NCBI GenBank assembly: GCA_030141605.1
Contig: JAQGDQ010000661.1
Location: 1-64,000, forward strand
Reading direction: 5' to 3'
Length of the DNA stretch: 64,000 bases
Origin: Tubiluchus corallicola
Lineage: Eukaryota; Animalia; Priapulida
Below, piece after piece: positions 9,104-23,589 of this stretch. The number at the start of each line of letters is the position of its first letter. The first letter of the stretch is position 1. A program made the position numbers and the translations under genes. The notes beneath the pieces were generated by a model that worked only from the letters and a program-made list of their open reading frames with translations, had not been told where the DNA came from and searched no databases.

Positions 9104-10814
9104 ATCTTTATTTGCCATTAAAATACATTGATAATCACTGATAAAAACTTTACAGAGATGATCAATAAGTGTTAGTTAATAAAAACTTACACTGCTCATG
9201 GCGGGTCGTTCACAACAAGTTTAGATAAAATTGCGTGAAGTTTTGAAAGAATAATCAGAGCATTCGTAGCGCACACGTCACTAACTAAGTAAAATTATAA
9301 ATTACTGTATCTTGTCAGTAAGATTAAAAATACATTTTTGGTTAGTGAGTGGCGCACCCTGGTGGGTGAATCAGCGACATTTTAAATTATCCAGAATTTT
9401 CTTTTCCAATTACATAAGTCTTTCGAGCAGGTAAGGAAACGGTTAGTAATATAACTTTGCACGGAAATTTTTTTGGAACATAATTCAAAATTGCCTTTTC
9501 TTTCCCTGACTTACGTTGTGCGTGTATGACGTCACGTAATGGCGCGGTCGGAATAGTATGGGCGAATTATTAAATGAAAACAAACAAAAAATCCTTTCAA
9601 CGCGAGCACGATATACGCATAAAATTGCTATAAAGTAACACAATTTTTAAGGAGATTTTTCTGAAACCTACTTCCGGTGCCCCTTTTCTTATCTTTTAAT
9701 CCTCGTGCTTCTTTATTGAGGAAATGCTATAAGTATTCATGCTTTGAATGTGTCGTGTCACCAAGCATGCATTAAACGTCAAATGTATACAGCTTATGGA
9801 ATTGATGTCACTGGCATGGAAATTGATGGATTCCATTCAATTATTTATGCGAAGAAAAAAATCTAGAAAGCTGAGAGACTCGTTTGCGTGATGAACTATC
9901 ATTGAGGCACAAAATCAATCATTTCTTAGACTATCTTCAATAGATACAGCAGTTCTCTATGCATTTGAGTAGAGATTTTATCTCGTTACAAAAACTATTC
10001 CCTATCATCGCTTGGTTCCATTTCAAAGACCATTTTTCAACGCTTTTACTATTAATTTTATACGCAGTGCGCCAGCGTCGCCATCTGCGGGCGGTTTTTG
10101 TGCTTATATAAAAGCAGTTTGGTTAGTGGTCAAATTAAACCGAGAAAGCTTTTTGTTAATAAGTTAATAAGAAAAGCAAGTTAATAAACAGCAACTGAAC
10201 ATGATGTATCATTGATAAGAATTCTTGGGTAAAGGAAGATCGTCTGAAGATGGGCAGCTGTTCACCAAGTTTTAAGTTTTTTCCAAATTCTAAGGTTTAA
10301 AGCAAGACTGGACCCAAATTTAAGCAGTGGGGCAAAACAATCAAACAAGCAAAACCGTCTGCCGCATCAGTTCAGTAAACTTTAGTTGTTTTACGTGGAC
10401 TTTACGTAATTATGCATTGGTCTGTACGTAGAGTGATTTACTAGCAGGATGTTGCTTGGGAACAAGAAAAAATGAATTAGGTAAGGTTCTAGCTAGCTGT
10501 TAAAACTGTTAGTATTACAGTAGCTTAAGCGGCGAGTCGTTGTCAAGTGTACACAAACACGTTGTCTGGTACACTTAACCTTTGACCTTTTTAGGATCAT
10601 CATCAATCGCTGGAACTGTGACAAGACTTACTCAGTGACCACTTTTTTCTGTTTCTCATTGAAAACTTTATCAAAACGCGGGACTTGCTGATTTGCTAGA
10701 ATATGATGAGTGCAAAACAATGTTTTAAAGTTGATGAACAATGTAAGACAATGTATATGAACAATGAAGAAATTAACCATCGCATTGTATTGTCCCGTCT
10801 CCTCAAACTACCAT

Positions 10815-11545
10815 CATTTTAAGCAATGCAAATATTACTTCTGGATGATGTTATTAATTTAAATGGATTTATATATATATATATGCATAAAACCAATAAC
10901 AACTTATTTCCAACTTTTTTGAAAATCCAGTCAAGATAAATGTAAAAAGATACAATACGAGACATAATGAATATATACCAAGACGTTGTAAAACAAATAT
11001 GGCGAAACACTTCATTAGCTATATGGGTCTAGTCCTATGGAATAGACTAATGTAGTCACTCCCTTTCAACTTTTAAAAAACCGTCAGAAAAGAAATACTT
11101 CAAAAGTATTGAGAGTAACACAGTTTGATAATGGTAATCACCTGCATTCTTTTTCCACAGTAATCTTTATAAAACGTGACTATGTTTAACAGGATACTGA
11201 ACACTTTATAATCATGATCACAGTTTTTCTTAGCTCTCGCTCCATTTCATCTTTCATTCACTACTCCCCCTCCCCACATTTATGTATATATTATCATTAT
11301 TTCAATTATTAATCACTTCTTCAAGATTTCCACGTACAGTTTGGCCTGTCAAGCTATGCCTTTATGCTCAAACTGTATGCATCAAAATTACTCTGTAATG
11401 TAATTTGCACATGTATATGCTGCATAAGAATCTCTTTTGTAATTTCTGGATAATATTGCATTTATATTTTTATTTTCTTGAGTGGAAAATTATCTGTATT
11501 TTTATTATAACTGTAAAATGCAGTGTGGAAATAAATAAACTTATA
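10815..11545 (+). mobile_element. 5'-truncated LINE (CR1/L2/Crack-like) ORF2 end plus 3' UTR, degenerate
   Basis: Remnant reads ILLLDDVINL...YMHKTNNNLFP...RYNTRHNEYIPRRCKTNMAKHFISYMGLVLWNRL. 3' stem-loop cagtttgg...caaactg at ~11337-11375; ends ggaaataaataaactt. Confidence 0.7.
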
Positions 11546-12092
11546 ACTTGCACTTAAACTTAGCTTTGGGAACGGAATTTTGCTCAAACACTGGCGTTCC
11601 GCAGGGTGATCGTCTGAGCCCTGTCAATAGATAATTACAATTTGAACTAATTCGACGTGCATAAATAAATAAATAAACTTAATAAACTTAAACTATAGCT
11701 AAGAGACCCTATTGTAGTCCCTGCACAGTCGAAGTTCATTCAGCTTTGACCATGCAAGATGAAATAAGCTCAACTGAAGTCGAAGCCGTACAATTAGATA
11801 TAATCAGCACGGAAGTTAATTGCATGAAATGCACACTATTCAGGTCGATATTCAAACCAGGGCATCGTATTCTGACTATTCTAATTAATGCTGGCTGATA
11901 GAAGGCAAGACCAATCATTGACCTTCAAGATTATCAACCATCATTTCACAAACTAACCACAATAGTTTACTGTTAGGTCACGCTTGTCTTTGCTATTGCG
12001 TGATGGTGACAACGGCCAAATCACGCTGAAAACACAACTGTTCTATAGATAGAGAGAGAGACACATATATATAGAGATAGAGAGAGAGAGAA

Positions 12093-12256
<164 letters not shown>

Positions 12257-12339
12257 GTATATAATAAAAACATAAAAATAAGAAAGTTATAGAAATATAT
12301 ATATATATATAGAGTGAAAAAAAAAAAAAAAAAACAAAA

Positions 12340-12387
<48 letters not shown>

Positions 12388-13261
12388 TGTCCTGATCGTG
12401 CACTGTTAACAATAGTTTTATGTCTAATTTATTGCAGTCAGAAAGGTTGCATTACGCTTAAACCTTAGTGGGTATTGATTGACTTGCTCTTACCTGTGAT
12501 TATGTATTAATTGTGCTGTGAAAATAATCCAGCCAAAAATAGTCATTAGAGAAATATAACGACTTGTATAAATTGTGGCCACACTAATAATACACTTTAT
12601 TAACAAAATTCAAGTTTAGCTGTTACACTTTACATTTCAAATTAAGTTACAAATCATAACAAAAATAATCACATAATTCACAGCACTTTAAATGAATAAT
12701 CTCACATACAGGCCTATGTAAAAAAACAAGAAAAAGGGGGACCACCATTTTTGGTACCTGCTGATAGATGGTCACCGATCAGCGGTGACACTTACTTTTT
12801 CTAGACAAGGTTAACTAAACGCAAGGTTACACATGCATGAACGAAGCATACGATCTAAGTGATATTGTAAGGCCACCAAAGAAGCCAGGCTTGGTTTAAA
12901 GCGGATTTTCCGACACATGCGACACTTTTTTTACTAAATGCTTCTAAGATTTTACACGAACATTGAAATAAAGCTATCTTTCCAGAAAACGTGACTTTTC
13001 CTTTAAACACGATTATTTCATGAAATAAAAATTGATTTAGAAGGAAAGACTTTATACAGATTTTGCCTGACAACTTGATGTGTTGGAGCCGTTTTTATAG
13101 AGGGCGCTGCGGTTTGCTTGACACGACATCAAGAAACGATGACGGCTACGTACCACCTCAGCTAGATCAAACAAACCCCCCGGCAAAACTAATAATCTTG
13201 CACTGAACGACCTTGTTTGCTGAAAAGCTTCAATACCGACATGCAGTTTGGCTTCAGTGAA

Positions 13262-13863
13262 AGCATCATCAGACTCCCGTCTTAATTTAAGCCTCAAAAC
13301 AATGTAGACCACAAAATGTTGAAAGGGAAGATACTATTGTTTTCAAGAATGACTTACGTGAAAGAACTATAACCACACAAACATTATTTCGCGTTCACGC
13401 CACTAGTTCTTCGCTGTTACAGGCATTTCGCCATTCGCTAGGTATTTCGGAAACGCATTGCACAAAAACCAAGTGCTGTACCTCTCAGTTCAGATGTGTT
13501 AGTTTACGACATCCTGCACACGTTTATACAGCTCATGCGTGAGCACAGGGTAAAATTTGAAATTTCAATTTTTATCTTAAAATTTGTTGAGTTCTAATAC
13601 AACCCACTGAATATCTTACAGTAACACTGTACTTCAATTTTCGCTTTAGCAAACACGTGCAACACGCTCGTGGAATATTTTTGCTGTTTAAAATTATGTT
13701 AGTTTGTGATGTCATCAATAGTTGGGCTCGCCCGCCGTTAATTAAGTTTTTAATCTATTATTTAATTATCAGAAACAATTTTGCAGTATTAATTATGTTA
13801 AATTGTATACTTTTTATCTAATTTGAAAATGAAGTAGTACATGGAAAATCATCCTGTCTTCCT
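13262..13863 (+). mobile_element. Dispersed ~600-bp TTAA-flanked non-autonomous DNA transposon (Kolobok-like family A), near full length
   Basis: Ends ...atcctgtcttcct|ttaa. Body motifs (gacttacgtgaaaga; aacacgtgcaacacgctcgtggaata; gtcatcaatagttgggctcgc) are shared with at least 9 other copies. Confidence 0.8.
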
Positions 13864-13919
13864 TTAAGATAAAAGTAGCTTCTACCATCCGCTTAAGCAA
13901 AGATAAGACAATAATGTAC

Positions 13920-14040
13920 CAAATGTATTTACTTTGTACAGACCAGCATTTGGCAATGTATATACGGGCAGCAAGCTAATCGTGAAAAATACTTAGGACA
14001 TATATTATCACGTGATGGATGACACTGATGAGAAAAATAT
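13920..14040 (+). mobile_element. Small LINE reverse-transcriptase remnant
   Basis: Encodes EKYLGHILSRDG, similar to KEKYLGHILSDDNRDD in the 19.7-20.7 kb LINE. Confidence 0.5.
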
Positions 14041-14044
14041 GAGA

Positions 14045-14318
14045 TACGGCCAAATCATGTTGAAAACACGGGTTCTCATCTGATCACAGAAGTTAAGCAA
14101 CGTAGAGCCTGGCTAGTACTTGGATGGGTGACCGCCTAGGAATAGCAGGTGCTGAAGGCTTGCGGGATGCCCACACTGTATCTCGACACTAGGCGGAGGA
14201 GCTACACAAGCAGCCAACAGCTAGAGGACGGAGGAGGTCAAGTGACCCAACGGCCATGTGTACAGGAGTAAACCTTCCAAATCAGGAGTGGAGCCCCGAA
14301 GGCTGACCAGTGCAGCAT
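14045..14318 (+). mobile_element. 5S rRNA-derived SINE-like element, copy 1
   Basis: Diverged 5S head (agttaagcaa...tagtacttggatgggtgaccgcc) followed by a ~155-bp body nearly identical to that of the copy at 23279. Confidence 0.85.
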
Positions 14319-14319
14319 A

Positions 14320-14825
14320 CTAGTAAATCACTCTACACACAGACTAATGCATAATTAAGTAAAGTCCATGTAAAACAACTGATGTTACTGAACTGACGCT
14401 TTGCTTTACCCAAACAAGATCCTGCTAGTAAATCACTCTAGGCACAGACTAATGCATAATTAAGTAAAGTCCATGTAAAACAACTGAAGTTACTGAACTG
14501 ATGCATTGCTTTACCCACATGTCACGTGACGGTTGTAATCAAGACCCATTGCTGTGGTATACTTAACCTTTGACCTTGCATATTTAAGTAAAGTCCACGT
14601 AAATCAACTGAAGTTACTGAACTGATGCATTGCTTTACCCACATGTCACGTGATGGTTGTAATCAAGACCCATTGCTGTGGTATACTTAACCTTTGACCT
14701 TGCATAATTACGTAAAGCCTATGTAAAACGACTGAGGTTGCTGAACTGATGCATTGCTTTACCCACATGTCACGTGATGTTTGTAGTGAAGACGCGTTGC
14801 TGTGATACATTTAACCTTTGAACTG
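14320..14825. repeat. ~105-122-bp tandem duplications of a dispersed repeat; inverted homolog at ~10365-10460
   Basis: aagtccatgtaaaacaactgaagttactgaactgatgc occurs 4 times; reverse complement at ~10366. Confidence 0.75.
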
Positions 14826-15361
14826 CAGTAACTGCGCTTGCGCACAACGAAACTGTGAAAAAGCTCATTATTCCATTATTAGAGGAGTATTTATGTGCTT
14901 AAGGCTGTATTCTAGACTTGTTTAAAGCATTAATGTATATTAAACTTCTAGAATTTCCGAATCAGGAAGATTCCCACGCTTGGAATTGAAACTCAATTAT
15001 TATCCTAGACAACAGATGGATTCTTTGTACACTAGGTGTACACACCGAATAGCACATTCATTTTTAACGAAGTAAATTTAATAAGTTTACAAAATAAATG
15101 AATTTCGTCCAAGCTACTGACTTTGATCCGACGAAACTAATATAAAATTTTATTAGCAAATTCCCAAAGCAAATTCCTTTGTTATTCTGGAAACTCGTAA
15201 ACAAAATTACGACAAGAATTTGATGAATTCATAGTCCTTTGTTTATCACAAAATATATTAAAAATTTTACTAACATAATAAATTCTTTCGAGTTAACAGT
15301 TCAATAAAGCAAGGTGAATTTTATTAAGGCTTTAAATTTTGCTATGAATTTTATATAGTAT

Positions 15362-15455
15362 GTACAGGGTGTCTCAAAAGTCGCTAAACGGTTTGTTTTC
15401 TTTTTCAAATTTTCCTCAATTCCCAGCAAGCTGTTACGTGGATCAAGAAGGGGCT
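15362..15455 (+). mobile_element. Tc1/mariner-type TIR half-element (second copy ~26096-26200)
   Basis: ta|cagggtgtctcaaaagtc start, and ~90 bp homologous between the two copies. Confidence 0.55.
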
Positions 15456-15457
15456 TT

Positions 15458-15911
<454 letters not shown>

Positions 15912-16544
15912 TGTGTATGCCTTGTTTTTTGTATATTTTAAAATTGAAATTTGAAATTTTAAAATTTTTGACTCTAATAAATAAATAAATAAATAAATAA
16001 AAATAAATTGTAAACATCGTCATCACCGTTACGAAGTATGAGTAAAATACCTCGATGTAAAATTCTCCACTTCAATGGGTACGCATGATTAATCAATCGA
16101 TAAAAAATCGAAGCAATTGTTATGAGTTACACACGAGGCCTCCAAGAGAATTTTGCAAAGATTCCTTTCAGTCACCGAGGTCAGCAAAGACAGCTTTCAA
16201 CAAAGCCAAGGTATGGTTGCATAACGATTTAAAAGTATCTAATCATCACTAGTTTAAATATCTTCGTTGTAGGCATCAATGCAAAAAATGTGAGTGACTT
16301 CGCTATGGTACTTTTGTACCCCACCTTGGAAGGCTAAGGGTTACCAGTTTATCTGTATGGACTCTAGGAAAACCCGATGATTGTTTATACTCAATCTCAT
16401 TTTAATTTACTGTCCAAAATTAACAATTGTTTCTTATATTTGAATAATTAGTTTAGAAAGTTAATTAACGGCAACCGAACATTGCTATTGCTTACGTCAG
16501 AAACTAACCACAGTTTGTGTAATGGCAGGCGTCTTCCCTTGTGC

Positions 16545-16896
16545 ATCAAGCACGTTTACGTAAGTGTTACAGTACTGTTTAAATTGCGTGATGTCACGAA
16601 AAATGGGTTCTACATCATAAGACGTCAGAAACTAACACAGCAGTTCATGATCATGGTTATCACGGTACCACCTTCTATTTGTCGGCCTCGCGAATGTGAC
16701 AAAAAGGCGCCGCTGCCCCCTCTTAGTAGATTCACTGAGCCGTGCATAGCCTTGAAAGTTTAACAAAATTTTAATATCAGAGGTAATTATTATTTAATCT
16801 AAACTGTGATTTGAAAAAAAGCTCTTGTAGTTTTCAATATTTTAGAGCATTCTTTATTCTGAACTCGTGTTTATACAATCATCCGGTTTTCCTTTA
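16545..16896 (-). mobile_element. TTAA-flanked non-autonomous element, family B (inverted homolog ~46815-47130; extra terminus at ~46646)
   Basis: atcatccggttttcct|ttaa is the reverse complement of ttaa|aggaaaaccagatgattg; ~300 bp of internal homology (gaaggtggtaccgt, aaccatgatcatgaactg). Confidence 0.75.
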
Positions 16897-17203
16897 ACGG
16901 AATGTCAGTGCATTTCGAAACACAACCGTAACAGTTACCGTTTTTATGGGGGTAACTGCACTCACTTCACATGGATTAACTAAGGTTTAAGTTACAGTGT
17001 TTTTGAGCCCTTTAATGCGGCTTTTCCTGGAAAATTTGTGAAATTTCCTGGAAAAATATTCTCCAAAGTGTTAAGAGACTACCGTAAATGAGGCTTTTTG
17101 TCTCAGTCATTTCACTTGAATGCGTCACCAAAATCAATGCCGGTTCAAAAAGTTAGAAGACTAAGGTATAGTAACACATTTGAAAAAGTTCATGTTGAAA
17201 ATG

Positions 17204-18025
17204 CCGAATCCAGCTAAAAAAGTCACAGGTAAGAAAGTCACAGGTAAAAAGTCACAGGTAAAAAGTCACAGGTAAAAAGTCACAGGTAAAAAGTCACAGG
17301 AAAAAAGTCAGAGGAAAAAAGTCAGAGGCACAAAGTCGCAGGTAAAAAGTCACAGGTAAAAAGTCACAGGTAAAAAGCCACAGCAAAAAGCCACAGGTAA
17401 AAAGCCATAGGTAAAAAGCCACAGGTAAAAAATCACAGGTAAAAAGCCACAGCAAAAAGCCACAGGTAAAAAGTCACAGCAAAAAACCACAGGTAAAAAG
17501 CCATAGGTAAAAAGCCACAGGTAAAAAATCACATGTAAAAAGCCACAGCAAAAAGCCACAGCAAAAAGCCACAGGTAAAAAGTCACAGCAAAAAGCCACA
17601 GGTAAAAAGCCATAGGTAAAAAGCCACAGGTAAAAAGCCACAGGTAAAAAGCCACATTTAAAAAGTCACAGGTAAAAAGCCACAGGTAAAAAATCACAGG
17701 TAAAAAGCCACAGCAAAAAGCCACAGGTAAAAAGCCACAGGTAAAAAGCCACAGCAAAAAGCCACAGGTAAAAAGCCACAGGTAAAAAGTCACAAGTAAA
17801 AAGCCACGGGAAAAAATCACAAGAAAAAAGTCACAGCAAAAAGCCACAGGTAAAAAGTCACAGGTAAAAAGTCACAAGTAAAAAGCCACAGGTAAAAAGT
17901 CACAGGTAAAAAGTCGCAGGTAAAAAAGTCACAGCAAAAAGCCACAGGAAGAAAGCCACAAGAAAAAAGACACAGAATAAAAGAAATAACCCTAACCCGA
18001 ACCCGAACCCTTACCTAATCAAAAT
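17204..18025 (+). repeat. 13-14-bp minisatellite (aaaaagccacaggt, ~55 copies) within a MITE-like arm followed by taaccctaac
   Basis: The tandem is read directly. A homologous arm lies in reverse orientation at ~63320-63468. Confidence 0.85.
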
Positions 18026-19047
18026 AATAAAATATCACAGAAAGTTTTCAAAAAAGTTATATTTGAAAAAAAATTTTAGCAAAAAAATTTAATAATCAGA
18101 AAATATTTGCCATCTGAGGGTTGCGCCCCAAGTTTGAGGGGTCCTATGATGTAGCCTATAACAGCCCAGAGGCAAATCTGGTCCTGTTCATAATCCATGT
18201 TATCAGATAAGCCTGTTGTTTATCAATGGCTTCTCATCGTCAATGGCTTCTCACTGTGAAAATGAAATCCACCCGGTGAAAATTTCACGAAAGTGGATAC
18301 GCCATCTTTTGAAAGTGAAAGTCAACTTCTAATGAATTTCATTATTTCGTGAAAATTACCTGCTTGAGAAGAAGCCAAAGAAGCCATGCTAACAAAGATT
18401 TGAATTTCAATCTCAGGAACTCGGTACCCGAGCGAGATAAGGTAAAATGGTACCACAAGTTTGAAAACGCCAACCGGAAATGGTAAATTTAACCTTTAGT
18501 TACCGCTGGATTTAATTTCCTTTCTCTAATTTCGCCTTGTTATTAACGTTTCCGGTTCCGGTACCGTTACAACCGACGAAAAAAACTTAACGAAATGAAT
18601 TGAAAGTACGGACATAATTACGCGTCTCACCGGGGTTCGAACTCTGATCTTTTGAAGCTGAGATTCATGCTATTGCTGTGTACATTGTTAATGCGTGGGA
18701 CGGAACGAAAGGTTAAAGAAAACAAACGTTCGTGTGCAAAAAAGCAAGAAAATTTAGCTAAGTAGAAAATTTTCAGAATCTAATTACGTTTCCGCCGGCG
18801 GGAATTTACTTGCAATTTTCCTCACAATCACGTCACGTGACAAAACATAAGAGCATGCAAATCTGTTTGAATTCAGCGCAGTTAATATTAAGCTGTAAGC
18901 TTTGCTTCTGCACTTGCTGAAATGATAATAAACCATGGATTGTACCTCTTGCAGGTACCAACTCATTAACTAACTGAACAAACGTTTGAACAATCACAGT
19001 TATTAACCTTGTTTGCACAGAATGGATTAGAAAGTGACCTAAGTAAA

Positions 19048-19475
19048 AGGAAGACAGGATGATTTTCCGTCACTACCCCATTTTCAAATCCGATAAAAGT
19101 ATACATTTTAACACAATTAATACTGCAAAAGCGTTTCTGATAATTAAATAATAGATTAAAAGCTTAATTAACGGCTGGCGAGCCCAACTATTGATAACGT
19201 CACAAACTAACACAATTTTTAACAGCAAAAATATTCCACTAGCGTGTTGCACGTGTTTGTGAAAGAGAAAATTGAAGTACAGTGCTACTGTGAGATATTC
19301 AGTGTGTTGTACTAAAACTAGACAAGTTTTAAAATAAAAATTCAAATTTGAAATTTACCACTGTGCTCCCGCATGAGCTGTCGAACGTGTGCAGTGCGTC
19401 ACAAACGAACACTTCTGAACTGAGACGTACAACACCGTGTTTTTTTGCGCAATACGTCTCTGAAGTGCGCTAGTG
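19048..19475 (-). mobile_element. Kolobok-like family A copy
   Basis: aggaagacaggatgattttcc terminus plus reverse complement of the 13.3-13.9 kb body. Confidence 0.8.
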
Positions 19476-19599
19476 CTCGTCTGACTGACTGACTGGCCGA
19501 CCAACCAACCAACCAAACATTCAAGTAGCTAACTAATTAACTAACTAATATCCAACCTGATTTCTAGGGCAGTTAAAGTGGGAAACTCCGTAATTTTGA

Positions 19600-20684
19600 T
19601 TTAATTTAATATTTTATTTCAAACTTTACAAAGTTCATATACACATCACAAATTAATACAAATAATACAATAAATCATGACACACAACAATAACACAAAT
19701 AACAATTAACGATATAACAAACTACGCCAATGACGTCTAATTACAGAAGAAAAGTTTGCATCACTGTTTAAAATGTTCTTGCATATAAAATTTTCACTCT
19801 TATTCAGCCTGACGTGTAAACTGTATGCACATTTTCTGTGAATCACATCAAAATAAATAATATTAAGTCTAGTAGAAATATATCTAGAGCTCGTATCATA
19901 TGAAAAGTTAAACAGCTTCCGTGTTGATACATTATATGCAACCTTGAGTTTGCTAAGATTGTAAGAATAAAAATGTCTCCAAGTGGACATACAATAAAAA
20001 GTAGTGCAGTAAGCATTAAACAATTGTCTCTTCACGTTAACTGAACAGTGAGTAAATTTCATGAGTAATTTATTTGCTCTGCCATAGTAAATTGAACATT
20101 GTCGTAATATATATAAATCATCTCTATTGTCATCTGATAAAATATGACCCAGATATTTTTCTTTTTTTACTAGGTACAAAACTTTTACACTGCAAAACAA
20201 CAGACGCAAAAGTAAACTGCTGCATGTGGGCGGAGCGAAACGTGACAAGTTGAGTCTTGCTCACATTTACAAGGATATCATATTCTTCAGCAAATTTATC
20301 AAAAATATCTAGCAGTCTCTGCAAAGCCGTCGAGGTTGTTGCTAAAAGACATATGTCATCAGCGTACATCAAGTGATTAATGCAGGCTTCGGCAATATGA
20401 CAACCCACACCAGAGTTAGTAAGTGCAGCACTAAGATTTTTAAAATAGAAGTTAAATAACAGTGGAGACATTTTTCCACCTTGACGAATTCCGTTACCTA
20501 CTGCAAAACTATCAGAGTTAAATTTACCCCATCTAACCAACATACGTTGTTCCGTATAATGAAAAAGCAAAAGTCTAATTACTACATTTGGTAGGTTAGT
20601 ATTGACAAGGTTTAGGAAGAGTTTGAGATATTTTACTCTATCGAACGCTTTTGATGCGTAAATAAACAGAATATGACAACCCAC
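19600..20684 (-). pseudogene. 5'-truncated, frameshifted non-LTR retrotransposon ORF2 (reverse transcriptase, L2/CR1/RTEX-like)
   Basis: RT motifs FIYASKAFDRV, GIRQGGKMSPLLFN, HLMYADDICLL and EKYLGHILS. Frameshift between ORFs 20130-20684 and 19706-20248; AT-rich tail gaaataaaatattaaatt at ~19600. Confidence 0.9.
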
Positions 20685-20740
20685 ACCAGAGCTTACATAA
20701 CGGAAGCATCTTAGATGACGAGTAATATCACGAACATATC

Positions 20741-20930
<190 letters not shown>

Positions 20931-21194
20931 GAACATATCCACAATGCTGATCATTGTAACTTAACGCCTAGAATTGTGAATTGCAAAACAACACAGGTCG
21001 TCGACTCGACCAGAACCATCAAAACGACACTTCGAATTACTAGAAAAACATTCAACGAGGGAAAGAAAGATTAGTTTTACTGGAAGCCGAAAATGCCTGA
21101 AGCCAGAAATCCTTGCACAATAAAAGGAATTTATAAGAAGCCAGTTTAACAAACTGCGAATTCGGTAGACAAGAAACGCAATCATTTAAAAACG

Positions 21195-21715
21195 AAATAT
21201 GAATTTATTCCACAGCAACTCAGACATACATACAAGTTGGTATTACAATGAAAAAAAAAGTAAATAAACTATGCGAGTTACTGTGAGGAGGAGGAAGGAG
21301 CATTGAGCTTTCGAGTCCTCCTCCAGATAAGTGAAACAATTGACAATTAACATTACATTTTCATCAGTTATAACGTACATTAGAACAATATAAGTTTTGT
21401 TAGTAACTTAAGATCAGGATGAGTAAAATTGTGAGTTAATTATACCGTTGTAGTAGGTAATTCTTTGATGCTTTTTTAAATTGATAAAGATTAAGAGTTT
21501 TCATTTCACGCGGAATTGATGACCATATTTTAATTGCATTATATTTTGATGACTGTTTCATTATATTTGTTTTTGGAAGGGGGAGTACATAGTTTTCGAC
21601 TGAATATCTTGTGTAATGATCATGTTGATTTGAAACTGGACTAAAGTATGACTGAAAAGCTGGTGGAAGTAGTGAATTATGATAGTGATACATGAAATGA
21701 AGACAATACATGTCA
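21195..21715 (-). mobile_element. LINE 3' fragment (Crack/L2-like ORF2 C-terminus plus 3' UTR stem-loop)
   Basis: FMYHYHNSLLPPAFQSYF...HYTR...KTNIMKQSSKYNAIKIWSSIP...FKK; hairpin gaggaggagg...gtcctcctcc at ~21285-21323. Confidence 0.8.
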
Positions 21716-21716
21716 T

Positions 21717-22164
21717 ACTGTTTGGGCTTTCAAAACCAAATTTGAAGCTAGATTACATTTTGCTCTTCTTCCCTCTTTATTTACCAAAACATATCATTCT
21801 ATCTAAACAAAACCGTAAACAAATGACAAAAAATAAATAACACTAGCCAAAAGTCAATTTTACATAATTCAGAGTTTCACACTGCACCGTCGCATTAATC
21901 AATAAATAGCTGTTATCTAATAGTAAATTTAAATTTTATAAAGTAATTAGAGGATATACATACGTTTTTTAGCCCCAAATCATAAGCAATTGCAACAGAT
22001 AACGACAATATTTAATCAACCCACCATGACACGTCCTCACTTCACAGTAGGCCTCTGACCCAGATCAAATTGATCACGTGTCCAGGCCAAAAAATCACCA
22101 CAAGGTGGCCAAAGCCAACAACAAGCGAAGGCCGCAAAGCACGCCAATGCCAGATTTCCAGTAC
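21717..22164 (+). mobile_element. ~445-bp dispersed MITE-like repeat, family C (copies at ~38527-38979 reverse and ~50996-51441)
   Basis: Three end-to-end homologous copies with short TACTG...CAGTA termini; internal cagatcaaattgatcacgtg and caccacaaggtggcc. Confidence 0.82.
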
Positions 22165-22383
22165 ACATATATTTCTTTCACTTTAAGAGTTTTAACAGAC
22201 AAGTAAATGATATTTGTGGGATGGTCATAAAACGATGGTTTAAAAATGAAATTCAACGTTTTATTACATCAAATGTTACGTCGATAATTCTCTTTCCTTC
22301 TTAATTTAATTTTGTTTTACGATTACGCATCCGGTTTTATTCGCATTCGATTCACGTTAAAAGCGTAATAGTTTGAATGAGAT

Positions 22384-23196
22384 TACTATACTGGACTTGG
22401 TCCACTATACTGGACTTGGTTTACTATACTGGACTTGGTTCACGATACTGGACTTGGTCCACTATACTGGACTTGGTTTACTATACTGGACTTGGTTCAC
22501 TATACTGGACTTGGTTCACTATACTGGACTTGGTCCACTATACTGGACTTGGTTCACTATACTGGACTTGGTTCACTATACTGGACTTGGTTCACTATAC
22601 TGGACTTGGTCCACTATACTGGACTTGGTTCACTATACTGGACTTGGTTCACTATACTGGACTTGGTTCACTATACTGGACTTGGTCCACTATACTGGAC
22701 TTGGTTCACTATACTGGACTTGGTTCACTATACTGGACTTGGTTCACTATATTGGACTTGGTTCACTATACTGGACTTGGTTCACTATACTGGACTTGGT
22801 TCACTATACTGGACTCGGTTCACTATACTGGACTTGGTTCACTATACTGGACTTGGTCCACTATACTGGACTTGGTTCGCTATGCTGGACTTGGTTCACT
22901 ATACTGGACTTGGTTCACTATACTGGACTTGGTCCACTATACTGGACTTGGTCCACTATACTGGACTTGGTTCACTATACTGGACTTGGTCCACTATACT
23001 GGACTTGGTTCGCTATGCTGGACTTGGTTCACTATACTGGACTTGGTCCACTATACTGGACTTGGTTCACTATACTGGACTTGGTTCGCTATGCTGGACT
23101 TGGTTCACTATACTGGACTTGGTTCACTATACTGGACTTGGTTCACTATACTGGACTTGGTTCACTATACTGGACTTGGTTCACTATACTGGACTT
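22384..23196. repeat. 19-bp minisatellite, ~43 copies
   Basis: Unit cactatactggacttggtt. Confidence 0.97.
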
Positions 23197-23278
23197 TGGT
23201 CCAAGAGTCAGAGGGAATTTTAGGATAACCTGGCGGCTGTTCAGTCCCGCAGTGTGATAATCTGTCCTGTATTGTTGC

Positions 23279-23588
23279 TTCTACGGCCAAATCACGTTGA
23301 AAACACCGGTTCTCGTCTGATCACCGAAGTTAAGCAACACAGAACCTGGTTAGTACTTGGATGGGTGACTGCCTAGGTATACCAGGTGCTGTAGGTTTGC
23401 GGGATGCCCACACTGTATCTCGACACTAGGCGGAGGAGCTGCATAAACAGCCAATGGCTAGAGGGCGGAGGAGGTCAAGTGACCCAACGGCCATGTGTAG
23501 AGGAGTAAACCTTCCAAATCAGGAGTGGAGCCCCGAAGGCGGACCAGTGCAGCATGCTCACTGACTCTGGCAGCTCCTGCAGCCAACC
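23279..23588 (+). mobile_element. 5S rRNA-derived SINE-like element, copy 2
   Basis: Full ~120-nt 5S-like head ctacggccaaatcacgttgaaaacaccggttctcgtctgatcaccgaagttaagcaa...gtgctgtaggttt with no T4 terminator, followed by the shared body. Confidence 0.87.
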
Positions 23589-23589
23589 C

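Noticed and set aside
11570-11626. GVPQGDRLSPV reverse-transcriptase motif
   Set aside because: Only ~55 bp; probably a LINE crumb but too short to call as a feature.
14045-14162. Functional 5S rRNA genes (also 23279-23398)
   Set aside because: Multiple substitutions, no T4 terminator, dispersed, and fused to a shared non-5S body; treated as SINE heads.
22373-23257. Three overlapping ~280-aa ORFs
   Set aside because: A 19-bp repeat that lacks stop codons on the + strand.
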